Translations under genes and position numbers: made by a program
Assembly (NCBI GenBank): GCA_965205975.1
Contig: OZ242195.1
Location: 1,984,001-2,048,000 of the forward strand
Direction: 5' to 3'
From: Candidatus Latescibacterota bacterium
GTDB lineage: Bacteria > Latescibacterota > UBA2968
Length of the DNA: 64,000 nt
Notes under the pieces: model-generated
Database searches by the model: none
Told to the model about the DNA's origin: nothing
Seen by the model: only the letters and a program-made list of their open reading frames with translations
Part shown: positions 1 through 8,850 of the stretch, in pieces
How positions within the stretch are numbered: position 1 is the stretch's first letter
Layout of the letters: each line of letters starts with the position of its first letter

Positions 1-765
1 TCACTCGCCCACGACATAGCGCGAGAAGCCACTGGAGAGCCACCTCTGGTCGCGGGCAATATTTGCAACACAAATATCTGGCATCCCAATGACAAAGCAT
101 CCGACGCGCTTGTTCGCGGCATGTTCGAAGAGCAAATCAACTGGGCAGCCGAAGCAAATGTCGATTTTATAATCGCCGAAACCTTCTCCTTTTTTGGCGA
201 AGCGCGAATCGCCCTCAATGCCATCAAAGAATCTGGCCTACCCGCTGTCGTCACCCTCACCCCGCACAGGGAAGACGACCTCAGAGACGAGATTCCTCTC
301 GAAGTCGCGGCCAAACAATTAGAGCAAGATGGTGCAACCGTCGTCGGTATTAACTGCGCGCGAGGTCCTCAGACCATGCTGCCCGCTGTCGTGCGCATCC
401 GGCAAGCAGTCTCATGCCATGTTGCGGCATTGCCCGTCCCCTACCGCACCACCCTTGATCATCCCACCATGCAGTCCCTCCGCGACCCGCGCTTGCCCGA
501 AGACCGCCCCTTTCCCACTGCGCTTGATCCCTTTACCTGCAATCGATACGAAATGGCAGAATTTGCCAGAGAAGCATATAGCGCGGATATCCGCTACCTC
601 GGCGTCTGCTGCGGAGGCGCACCTCATCATGTTCGCGCTATTGCAGAAGCACTCGGTCGCACGCCAGAAGCCAGTCGCTATTCGCCAGACATGTCCAGGC
701 ACTATGCCTTCGGCACCCACAAAAGCCTGAAAAAATACAATCTGGACAACGCAAAAAATCTCTAA
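1..765 (+). CDS. Homocysteine S-methyltransferase family protein (BHMT-like), 5'-truncated by window edge
   Basis: Frame is open from base 1 (SLAHDIARE...VAGNICNTN). Zn-binding motifs GINC and GVCCG are present. Confidence 0.85.
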   Translation, partial: SLAHDIAREATGEPPLVAGNICNTNIWHPNDKASDALVRGMFEEQINWAAEANVDFIIAETFSFFGEARIALNAIKESGLPAVVTLTPHREDDLRDEIPLEVAAKQLEQDGATVVGINCARGPQTMLPAVVRIRQAVSCHVAALPVPYRTTLDHPTMQSLRDPRLPEDRPFPTALDPFTCNRYEMAEFAREAYSADIRYLGVCCGGAPHHVRAIAEALGRTPEASRYSPDMSRHYAFGTHKSLKKYNLDNAKNL

Positions 766-774
766 TACAAGACC

Positions 775-1947
775 ATGAAAACAGATTACGAATACATCGT
801 CCTCGGTTGTGGAGGCATCGGCAGTGCAACAGCGTATTGGCTCTCGCGCCGAAAAAGCCAAGACGTCTTGGGCATAGAACAATTTGAACACGGTCATCAC
901 TACGGCGGCTCCCAGGATCACTCGCGCATCATCCGCCTGACCTATTACTACCCTCAATATATCCGCCTGGCACCTGACTCGTACACTGCATGGCATACGC
1001 TCGAAGAGGAATCCGGCGTCCAGATGGTCTTCAAAACGGGTAGCATCCAATTTTCACCCGTCGATCATCCCTACCGATATGAAATCGACAAATACACGGG
1101 CGCAATGGATGAAACAGGTGTTCCCTACGATCGCGTTGACGCCGATGAAATCGCGAAACGCTTTCCGCAATTCCGTCTAAAATACGAAGTCGATGGTATC
1201 TATCAGGCCGATACCGGATTGGTAGATGCAAGTCGGGGAAATGCCACCCATGTAGCCATGGCGCGTTATCGCGGTGCCACCATGCTGGACAACTGTGAAG
1301 CCACGCGCATTCGCCCAACGGACACCGGTGTCACAATCGAAACCAAACAGGGCAACTTCTCATGCCGCAAACTCATCGTCACAGCCGGTGCCTGGACAGA
1401 TCGCCTGCTCGCCAGCGTGAACATAGATCTTTCTCTCACCGTAACCCAGGAACAGGTTACATACTACGCCACGCCAAACCTGCCGGACTTTGCCATTGGA
1501 AAATTCCCCATATTCATCTCTCATGCCGACGAATCCATCTACGGATTCCCCATCTATGGCGAAGTCGCCACCAAAGTCGGCATTGACGCATCCGGTCCCG
1601 CAGTAACAACCGATACGCGCACCTATGACCCCGATGCCGAACGCGAACGTCGCCAGGAAGCCTGGCTCAAAGAAAACATCCCCGGATTTCTCGGCCCAAA
1701 GCTCTACACCAAAACCTGTCTTTACACAATGCCCAAAGATCGCCACTTCGTAATCGATACACTCCCCGAGCATCCCCAGATCATCGTCTGCGTCGGCGCC
1801 GGACACGCGTACAAATTCTCTGGCATCCTGGGCAAAATCCTCAGCGAACTCGCCATTGATGGACACACAGATTATCCAATAGAACCCTTCGCACTGCAAC
1901 GCGACGCCATCACCGATCCCAATTTTAAACCCGTCTTTCGAATGTGA
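775..1947 (+). CDS. solA: Monomeric sarcosine oxidase / N-methyl-L-tryptophan oxidase family FAD enzyme
   Basis: GxGxxG FAD motif, GGSQDHSRIIR, CLYT (flavinylation Cys) and GHAYKF. Confidence 0.85.
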   Translation: MKTDYEYIVLGCGGIGSATAYWLSRRKSQDVLGIEQFEHGHHYGGSQDHSRIIRLTYYYPQYIRLAPDSYTAWHTLEEESGVQMVFKTGSIQFSPVDHPYRYEIDKYTGAMDETGVPYDRVDADEIAKRFPQFRLKYEVDGIYQADTGLVDASRGNATHVAMARYRGATMLDNCEATRIRPTDTGVTIETKQGNFSCRKLIVTAGAWTDRLLASVNIDLSLTVTQEQVTYYATPNLPDFAIGKFPIFISHADESIYGFPIYGEVATKVGIDASGPAVTTDTRTYDPDAERERRQEAWLKENIPGFLGPKLYTKTCLYTMPKDRHFVIDTLPEHPQIIVCVGAGHAYKFSGILGKILSELAIDGHTDYPIEPFALQRDAITDPNFKPVFRM

Positions 1948-1948
1948 T

Positions 1949-2677
1949 ATGCCTGATATCCTGCGTCTAAACATGTGGAGTGGTCCCCGCAATGTCTCAA
2001 CCGCCCTCATGTACTCATTTGCACAGCGGTCAGACACCCGCGTAATCGACGAACCCCTCTACGGTCATTATTTACGCGTGTCTTCTGCCGCACACCCGGG
2101 CGCAAACGAAGTCATGTCCGCCATGGAATGCAATGGCGAAAACGTCATTCGCGATATCATTCTCGGCCCATGTGATCGCCCCGTGCTCTTTATGAAACAG
2201 ATGGCTCATCACCTCGTCGAAATAAGCCACGACTTTTTTGCACACACCCACAATGTCCTGCTCACGCGCGACCCCGTTGACATGCTCCCCTCGCTCGTCA
2301 ACCAGCTCAAAATCCCCACCCTGCGCGACACGGGCTACAAAATGCAAGCCCAGCTTCTGCGCGAATTTCACGCCACAGGTCAAAAATACCCCGTACTCGA
2401 TTCCCGAGAACTCCTCAAAAATCCACGGCATGTCCTCACAAAACTCTGTGACGCTCTCAACATACCCTTTGACCCCGCAATGTTCACCTGGAAATCCGGA
2501 CCTCGCTCCGAAGACGGAATATGGGCGAAACACTGGTATCACAACGTCCACAAATCCACTGGCTTTCAGCCTTATCGCCCCAAAACCGACCCCTTTCCCG
2601 ATCATTTGCGACCACTCCTCGAAGAATGTCAACCCTATTACGATCAGCTTTACGCACATGCCATCAAAGCTGAGTAA
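1949..2677 (+). CDS. Sulfotransferase-like P-loop-fold protein of the type paired or fused with class IV aminotransferases
   Basis: MWSGPRNVSTALMYSFAQR, DEPLY, FMKQMAHH and DGIWAKHWY motifs. Confidence 0.75.
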   Translation: MPDILRLNMWSGPRNVSTALMYSFAQRSDTRVIDEPLYGHYLRVSSAAHPGANEVMSAMECNGENVIRDIILGPCDRPVLFMKQMAHHLVEISHDFFAHTHNVLLTRDPVDMLPSLVNQLKIPTLRDTGYKMQAQLLREFHATGQKYPVLDSRELLKNPRHVLTKLCDALNIPFDPAMFTWKSGPRSEDGIWAKHWYHNVHKSTGFQPYRPKTDPFPDHLRPLLEECQPYYDQLYAHAIKAE

Positions 2678-2688
2678 ACGGAGTCCCC

Positions 2689-3591
2689 GTGTCTATCCAA
2701 TTACCCGACCCGCGAAACGAAAACATCCTCATCCACGTCGGCGGTGAACTGTTCCCGCGCGAAGACGCCAAAATATCCGTTTTTGATAGCTCGGTCCAGG
2801 GCGGCGATGCCGTGTGGGAGGGCCTGCGCGTGTACAACGGCAAAATCTTCCAACTCGACGCGCACCTCGACCGCCTCTTCGACTCTGCCAAAGCCATGGC
2901 TTTTGCGGATATCCCCTCTCGTGAAGCAATCAAAACCGCGATCTTTGAAACCCTCAAAGCCAATAACATGCGCGATGAAGTACATATCCGGCTCACGCTC
3001 ACGCGAGGGAAAAAAACCTCATCGGGCATGAGTCCGCACTTTAATCAATACGGCTCCTGCCTCATTGTGCTACCAGAATGGAAACCCCCTGTGTATTCCT
3101 CAGACGGCATCCGTCTGATCACCGCCTCTGTTCGCCGCAATCCGCCCATGTGCATCGACTCCAAAATCCATCACAACAATTTGATCAACAACATCCTCGC
3201 CAAAATCGAGGCCAATGTCGCAGGCGTTGATGACGCGATCATGCTCGACATCTTCGGCTATGTTTCCGAAACCAATGCCACCAATATCTTCATCATAAAA
3301 AAAGGGGCGCTTATCACGCCCCACGCGGATTCCTGCTTGCCCGGCATAACAAGAGGTGTAGTAATCGACCTCGCACGCGACCTGGACATCGAAGTTACCG
3401 AACGCAACCTATCGCTTACCGAAGTCTATACAGCAGATGAAAGCTTCACCACGGGCACCATGGGCGAACTGTCACCCATCCTCGAAGTAGATGGCCGCAC
3501 CATCGGCAACGGCAAACCCGGTCCCATCACCAACCGCCTGCGCGAACAATACGCCCAACACACCGCAGAACACGGCTACTCCATTCCTTAA
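2689..3591 (+). CDS. Class IV PLP-dependent aminotransferase (IlvE/DAAT/PabC family)
   Basis: GDAVWEGLRVY, HLDRLFDSA, SETNATNIF and LPGITR motifs; GTG start. Confidence 0.9.
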   Translation: MSIQLPDPRNENILIHVGGELFPREDAKISVFDSSVQGGDAVWEGLRVYNGKIFQLDAHLDRLFDSAKAMAFADIPSREAIKTAIFETLKANNMRDEVHIRLTLTRGKKTSSGMSPHFNQYGSCLIVLPEWKPPVYSSDGIRLITASVRRNPPMCIDSKIHHNNLINNILAKIEANVAGVDDAIMLDIFGYVSETNATNIFIIKKGALITPHADSCLPGITRGVVIDLARDLDIEVTERNLSLTEVYTADESFTTGTMGELSPILEVDGRTIGNGKPGPITNRLREQYAQHTAEHGYSIP

Positions 3592-3602
3592 ACATCACAT
3601 AC

Positions 3603-3639
3603 AAAAAAAGCCAACGCACAAACGTCGGCCTTTTGTGAT
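3603..3639. terminator. Hairpin terminator, copy 1 of a repeated AAAAAAAGCCAACGCACAAACGTCGGC element
   Basis: A-tract, GCC...GGC stem and T-tract between convergent genes; 27 bp identical to 4423-4449. Confidence 0.7.
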
Positions 3640-3676
3640 TTGAGCTATTGGTATTGTTGATTAGATCAAAACATCT

Positions 3677-4255
3677 TCAAATCTCCCAGTTCGAGGTATA
3701 AGACCGGTCATGGAGTCGCTCTGCAAGTTCAATCAGCACATCCAGTGACTTGCTCAATCTCGCCTTCCTCTTATCATCGAGTTTGCCTTCCTCAACCCAA
3801 TTGGCATCGTGAACATACACGTTATACGGGCTGATAATACACTTAAAATCCAGCATAAGAGATGTTGCCAGCGAAGCAAACGCCATATAGCTGTGTGGCA
3901 ATCCGCCCGCATTGACAAACATGACGATCTTATCGTAGAAAGCTCCTCGGAGGGAACCATCTTGTGGCGTGGAGCCTATATACTCGACAAATTTCTTGAG
4001 TTCCGAGCAACACGCCCAATTGTACACTGGGCTGGCCAATATCACAGCATCTGCGGCTGCGATGACTCTGTGGCACGATAGGTAAACCTCTGAGGAATAG
4101 ATCTCATCGTCGTCGAAATTTGGTGGGTCAAGTTGCCGGAGATCGATAAAGTCAACAGAAATGCCCTTGTCCTCCAGAGCGGTTTGGCACATGGCAGCGA
4201 GCATCCTACTGCGACTATGGGTATTGAGACTACTGCTGACAACTGAAATTCTCAT
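3677..4255 (-). CDS. NADPH-dependent FMN reductase (flavodoxin-like)
   Basis: SSSLNTHSRSR and ILASPVYN...ELKKFVE. Start placed at the ATG at 4255 after an AAAGG RBS. Confidence 0.85.
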   Translation of the reverse strand: MRISVVSSSLNTHSRSRMLAAMCQTALEDKGISVDFIDLRQLDPPNFDDDEIYSSEVYLSCHRVIAAADAVILASPVYNWACCSELKKFVEYIGSTPQDGSLRGAFYDKIVMFVNAGGLPHSYMAFASLATSLMLDFKCIISPYNVYVHDANWVEEGKLDDKRKARLSKSLDVLIELAERLHDRSYTSNWEI

Positions 4256-4422
4256 CTGCACCTTTCTTCAAAGTATAGTGTCGATATGTTATGTGTAAAA
4301 AAATAGCCTCTTTGTAATCCCAATACATCGTCCTCAAGTACCAAAATAACCTGTTCTTTTGGACAGGTTATTGAAGCCTGAAAAACACCTTTTTTCAAAC
4401 TCATTGCAGTAGGCCGAGCCGA

Positions 4423-4453
4423 AAAAAAAGCCAACGCACAAACGTCGGCTTTT
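4423..4453. repeat. Copy 2 of the hairpin/terminator repeat
   Basis: Identical to 3603-3629; lies just downstream of the antitoxin gene. Confidence 0.8.
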
Positions 4454-4517
4454 AGTACTCTTTTTTTCCTTCACCTACACTTTATACCTCTCGACGGATC
4501 GCAACGCTCGCTGTGTC

Positions 4518-4904
4518 CTACTTATAGACCAGGTGATCAGAAGTACGATCTTGATCTACCTGTACATGTAGCCTTCCCTGCCGATGAGATACCGGTTCCC
4601 TGATAACGATTTCTACGTCACGCCCAAGTGCTGTCAACAGACGCAAAAGACGCTCCATGGAATACTCACGAAAGTCCCCTCTCAGGAGACGCGAAACATC
4701 AGGTTGGGACAGACCGAGCAATTTCGCAGCCTCGACCTGCTTGAGTCCGCGCTGACGAATAATTTTGTCAATGCGGGTGACAAGCTCTGCCTTTAGTAAG
4801 TGAGCTTCGGCGTCAGGTCGCCCCAGGTCGGCGAACACGTTACCACTTCCACGTTCGATATTGATCTCTTTTGTCTTCATTGCTTTACCTTTCGCCATAG
4901 ACAT
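4518..4904 (-). CDS. XRE-family HTH antitoxin (HigA-like)
   Basis: GSGNVFADLG and LKQVEAAKLLGLSQPDVSRLLRG. True start may be a downstream Met. Confidence 0.85.
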   Translation of the reverse strand: MSMAKGKAMKTKEINIERGSGNVFADLGRPDAEAHLLKAELVTRIDKIIRQRGLKQVEAAKLLGLSQPDVSRLLRGDFREYSMERLLRLLTALGRDVEIVIREPVSHRQGRLHVQVDQDRTSDHLVYK

Positions 4905-5253
4905 CCTTGTAGTGTTGTTCCGCTGTCCTTAGCCTGCGTTTGATCAGATCAATCTCCTGTTTTGGTGTCTCAATACCTCGCCTGGCTTTCTTCTGGAAGG
5001 CATGCAAGACATAGACCGCCAACTTGAATCGGACTGTATAAACCGCTCGGTAGGTATCGCCGTCGTGACGGGAAACGACCTCTAAAACACGGGGGCCCAC
5101 CCCCTTGAGCGGTTTGGCATCGCGGTGCCTAAGTCCGATCTGGGCCTGATACAGGGCAAAACCGACCCGGTCCTGCACGGCAGCCGGAAACTTCTTTAAG
5201 TCCCCTTTACTCGATCCGACCCATTCGACGGGCTTAAGCATCTCACTGGTCAT
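4885..5253 (-). CDS. Type II toxin, RelE/ParE superfamily (Gp49/HigB-like)
   Basis: WVGSSKGDLKKFP and YRAVYTVRF...VYVLHAFQKK; toxin-first order. Confidence 0.88.
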   Translation of the reverse strand: MTSEMLKPVEWVGSSKGDLKKFPAAVQDRVGFALYQAQIGLRHRDAKPLKGVGPRVLEVVSRHDGDTYRAVYTVRFKLAVYVLHAFQKKARRGIETPKQEIDLIKRRLRTAEQHYKDVYGER

Positions 5254-5259
5254 ATCTAA

Positions 5260-5288
5260 ATTATAGTGATTTCACCATATTTACACAA
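5260..5288 (-). promoter_or_regulatory. Sigma-70-type promoter of the TA operon, probably leaderless, with an internal palindrome
   Basis: Minus strand TTGTGT-N17-TATAAT, then 6 nt to the ATG. Imperfect palindrome TATGGTGA-AA-TCACTATA. Confidence 0.6.
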
Positions 5289-5300
5289 GCACCTTTTTGT

Positions 5301-5319
5301 AAACGTCGGCTTTTGTGAT
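5301..5319. repeat. Partial copy 3 of the hairpin repeat (AAACGTCGGCTTTTGTGAT)
   Basis: Matches the right arm and flank of the 3603 copy; lies just past the PhyH stop. Confidence 0.65.
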
Positions 5320-5331
5320 ACCTTTTTTCTC

Positions 5332-6153
5332 TCACCCATGAAAAACCTGCACTTGATCGGACGCTTTGCCCGACACAGTCGCGGGATCGAGTGCGCCTTC
5401 TCCAAAGAGGCGCGGAAACGTCTGACCAGTCTTCAAAGAACGCGTTCGCGCATCCATATAAGTCGCACTAAAAGCGCGTCGGGACGACGGAGTCGAATTG
5501 AGAGCCGAACGGTGGAGCAAAAAATTGTGCAGCAGAATAGCCTCTCCCGCCTCGGTCTCCAGATCGATCACATCCTCTGGCCCGGCATACCTGGCCTGAT
5601 CCTCTTCAGAAGTATAGTGCCGCTCATTGAGAATACCCAGATTATTGCTACCCGGCACAATCTGCATACAGCCACTGGCAACAGTGGCAGCATCCAACCC
5701 CGTCCACACCGTGATAATTGGATTGGTATCAATCCCCCAACCCACGCCGATATCCTGATGCCAGGGCAAAATCGTACCGCTCTCAGCGGGTTTATTCATA
5801 AACATAGAGCGAAAAACCGAAACATTTTCGCCGATATAGCGACGGGTAATCTGGCGGATAAGGGGATGCTGCATATAAGTGAGAAAGAGCGGATCCTGTT
5901 CCAGATCATCGATACGTCGATAATGGAGCGTCGGCTCCTGATTCCCCAGCGTGCGATCCATTCTGACGTCAGGCGTTTTGGGATTGAGCTGAAAGCGCAT
6001 ATTCTCGTAACGGACGCGCCCCAGCATAATATCGTCAATGCGCTGCTGCAGTGCAGCCAGTTCCCCAGGCGACAGGAGATGCCCCAGACGCAGATATCCC
6101 TCAGCCATAAACTGTTCGTGGTGCGAATCTTCAAACGAAGTGAGAGGATTCAC
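5332..6153 (-). CDS. Phytanoyl-CoA dioxygenase (PhyH) family Fe(II)/2OG dioxygenase
   Basis: PWHQD, GCMQIVPGS and LLHRS. Start placed at the GTG at 6153 after GGAGG; the ORF track extends to 6309. Confidence 0.85.
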   Translation of the reverse strand: MNPLTSFEDSHHEQFMAEGYLRLGHLLSPGELAALQQRIDDIMLGRVRYENMRFQLNPKTPDVRMDRTLGNQEPTLHYRRIDDLEQDPLFLTYMQHPLIRQITRRYIGENVSVFRSMFMNKPAESGTILPWHQDIGVGWGIDTNPIITVWTGLDAATVASGCMQIVPGSNNLGILNERHYTSEEDQARYAGPEDVIDLETEAGEAILLHNFLLHRSALNSTPSSRRAFSATYMDARTRSLKTGQTFPRLFGEGALDPATVSGKASDQVQVFHG

Positions 6154-6330
6154 AGTGTGACCTCCTCGAAGATTGGACTTGTGTGGATTGACTTTCAAAC
6201 TATCACCGGGACTCGCCAGAAGCAACTGAAAAACGCCCAGTCCTGCGAAACGGCCCTGCTTGACAGAGAATAAATCTCTATACATGATGCCTATACTACA
6301 AATCTCCAATCACCAGAAAGGCGGGAAACC

Positions 6331-7707
6331 ATGAGCAATGTGAGAGAATTCGGAGCCAGAGGGGATGGGATCACCGACGATACCAAAGCAATTGAAGACA
6401 CGCTGGCAAAAGGAGATGGAACGCTACAATTTCCAAAAGGCGACTATCTCATTACTCACACGATTAACGTAAACTTAGCCGACAGCGGACGGATAAGCAT
6501 AGATGGATCAGGAGGCACAGCAAAAATCCTCATGGGTAGTGCAGGACCCGCCTTTCACATCACGGGCACACACAGACGATCAGCCGATCCCAAAACCTTT
6601 GAGCCGCGCGTCTGGACCCACGAAAGAATGCCCACAATATCAAACCTGGAGATCGAAGGCAAACACCCGGAAGCAGATGGCTTCTTGCTAACAGGCACCA
6701 TGCAGGCGACCTTTGAAGGCGTACTCTTGAGGAAGCTAAACCACGCCATCCACATACGCGCCCGCGCCCGAAATGTGCTTATCTCCCACTGCCATATACA
6801 CGACAACCGCGGTGCAGGCATCTTTCTCGACCATGTAGATCTACATCAAATCATCGTAACGGGTTCCCACATAAGCTATTGCAAACGCGGAGGCATCAAA
6901 ATCATCGGCTCACAAATCCGCAACTTGCAAATCACCGGCAACGACATCGAATACAACTTCGACAAAGAAACAGACCGATCCGCAGACATCTGGATCGACA
7001 CCAGCGACGGAGTCTCCTCAGTCCGCGAAGGCACCATATCGGGCAACACCATCCAGGCAAAACCCTCGCCAGGAGGCGCGAATATATTGATGATCGGCCA
7101 CTCTCCCCAAACGAATAACAAAGTAGGCATGTTCACCATCGCGGGAAATTTGATCGGCTCGCAACAAAATAACATCCACCTCATTGCAGCCAGAGGCGTC
7201 ACCATCACGGGAAATGCGATCTACAATGGAGTCAACAGAAACCTCCTGGTGGAACACGCGCAAAACATCGTAATCGGCAGCAACAGCTTTGATCACAATC
7301 CCGATTACGGTCCCTCGCGCTGCACTGGCGTCCAATTTATAAACAGCACAGACAGTATTATGAGCGGATCAACGCTTCAAGAATTCAAAGGCATTCAGGA
7401 TGAAGAAGACGATCGTCAGGGTCTATTGGAAATTATCCGTTGCGCCCGACTCACTGTAAACGGCTGCCAGACCCTGGACGGCTATCCCAGCGCAATATAC
7501 GTATCCAACTCCGACGACACCAGCATCACCGGATGTACACTACTCGAAAGGCGGAAACAAAAAGAAACCGTTTCAACCATCCGCTGGAACGGCACAGGCA
7601 GTGGCAATTTATTGAGCAACAACCGAATCGGAAACGGCACAGCAGGTGCATTATCCATAGACAAAGCTGCTGGCGTTCAAACCAGCCATAATCGGATGGA
7701 TAACTAA
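6331..7707 (+). CDS. Right-handed parallel beta-helix protein (pectate lyase 3-like N-terminus)
   Basis: NVREFGARGDGITDDTKAI, FPKGDY and repeated I-x-G-N-x-I units. Confidence 0.8.
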   Translation: MSNVREFGARGDGITDDTKAIEDTLAKGDGTLQFPKGDYLITHTINVNLADSGRISIDGSGGTAKILMGSAGPAFHITGTHRRSADPKTFEPRVWTHERMPTISNLEIEGKHPEADGFLLTGTMQATFEGVLLRKLNHAIHIRARARNVLISHCHIHDNRGAGIFLDHVDLHQIIVTGSHISYCKRGGIKIIGSQIRNLQITGNDIEYNFDKETDRSADIWIDTSDGVSSVREGTISGNTIQAKPSPGGANILMIGHSPQTNNKVGMFTIAGNLIGSQQNNIHLIAARGVTITGNAIYNGVNRNLLVEHAQNIVIGSNSFDHNPDYGPSRCTGVQFINSTDSIMSGSTLQEFKGIQDEEDDRQGLLEIIRCARLTVNGCQTLDGYPSAIYVSNSDDTSITGCTLLERRKQKETVSTIRWNGTGSGNLLSNNRIGNGTAGALSIDKAAGVQTSHNRMDN

Positions 7708-7717
7708 GGAGATAAAC

Positions 7718-8833
7718 TTGTCTTTAAAACCCGACCACTCAAAAGTCCCTGGCGTTGTGATTGATCACAGACCCGCCAGTACAAAACAATACGTGGGTAG
7801 CCCGAGCATCGTCATCATGCCCAACGGCGATTATATCGCATCCTATGATCTTTTTGGACCGGGCACAAATTACGACCGCATGGCTGTATTTCGTTCGCGC
7901 GACAAAGGGGAAACCTGGACTCAAATATCCGAACTGATCGGTCAGTGGTGGTCCAACCTTTTTTTGCACAAAGGCGACCTCTATTTGCTCGGCACAAGCC
8001 GCGAATATGGCTATGCCGTAATTCGGCGATCTACGGACGGGGGTAAAACCTGGACAGTACCAAAAGACAAACGCACCGGACAAATCTCTACTGAGGATCG
8101 CTATCACTGTGCCCCAATGCCCGTCGTCGCCCACAATGGATATCTCTGGCGCGCATTTGAATTGGCACATGGTCCGCGAGAAGAGTGGAAAGCGCAGGTT
8201 CTTTCCGTACCCGAAGATGCAGACCTGCTCCAGGCTAAAAATTGGCGATTCAGCGAAGCGTATCAACACCTCTGGTCAAGTTCACAGTGGATTGAAGGCA
8301 ATATCGCGATCACGCCAGATAACAAACTGGTAAACATCTTGCGTTCAAATCTACGAAATGTCTCGCCCGAAGAGATACAGACGGGAAGCGATAAAGCGGC
8401 TATTTTGCACATCTCGGAAGATGGAAAAACACTGACACACGACCGGGACAGAGACCTGATCGATTTCCCGGGTGGCGGTGTAAAATTCACAATTCGATTT
8501 GACGATCAAACACAGCGCTATTGGTCGCTGGGATGCAAACAAACCAATCCGCCAGCATACCGAAATATACTGGTCTTGACCTCGTCTGAAAATTTGCAAA
8601 CCTGGCGAATCGAATCCGTGATCTTGCACCATCCCGATCCAGATAAACACGCATTTCAATACGTTGACTGGCAATTTGAAGAAAACGATCTAATCGTGGC
8701 ATCTCGCACAGCTTATGACGATGGCCTGGGCGGCGCGCACAACGCGCATGATGCGAATTATATGACATTCCACCGAATTGAAAATTTCAGAGATCGAACA
8801 ATAGACGACCCGCCCTTAAATGAGAAAGAGTAG
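7718..8833 (+). CDS. Sialidase-like BNR/Asp-box beta-propeller
   Basis: Asp boxes SRDKGETW and STDGGKTW; FQYVDW and SRTA; TTG start after AAGGAG. Confidence 0.75.
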   Translation: MSLKPDHSKVPGVVIDHRPASTKQYVGSPSIVIMPNGDYIASYDLFGPGTNYDRMAVFRSRDKGETWTQISELIGQWWSNLFLHKGDLYLLGTSREYGYAVIRRSTDGGKTWTVPKDKRTGQISTEDRYHCAPMPVVAHNGYLWRAFELAHGPREEWKAQVLSVPEDADLLQAKNWRFSEAYQHLWSSSQWIEGNIAITPDNKLVNILRSNLRNVSPEEIQTGSDKAAILHISEDGKTLTHDRDRDLIDFPGGGVKFTIRFDDQTQRYWSLGCKQTNPPAYRNILVLTSSENLQTWRIESVILHHPDPDKHAFQYVDWQFEENDLIVASRTAYDDGLGGAHNAHDANYMTFHRIENFRDRTIDDPPLNEKE

Positions 8834-8850
8834 CTCTCGGAGAGGATACA

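Noticed and set aside
4252..4434. 60-aa ORF between the reductase and the antitoxin
   Set aside because: It starts inside the hairpin repeat, spans the promoter region and has no RBS or motif.
3603..5319. Integron attC sites
   Set aside because: The hairpins are too short, lack proper RYYYAAC/GTTRRRY boxes, and no integrase is present.
5266..6273. 335-aa plus-strand ORF
   Set aside because: Antisense shadow of the PhyH gene.
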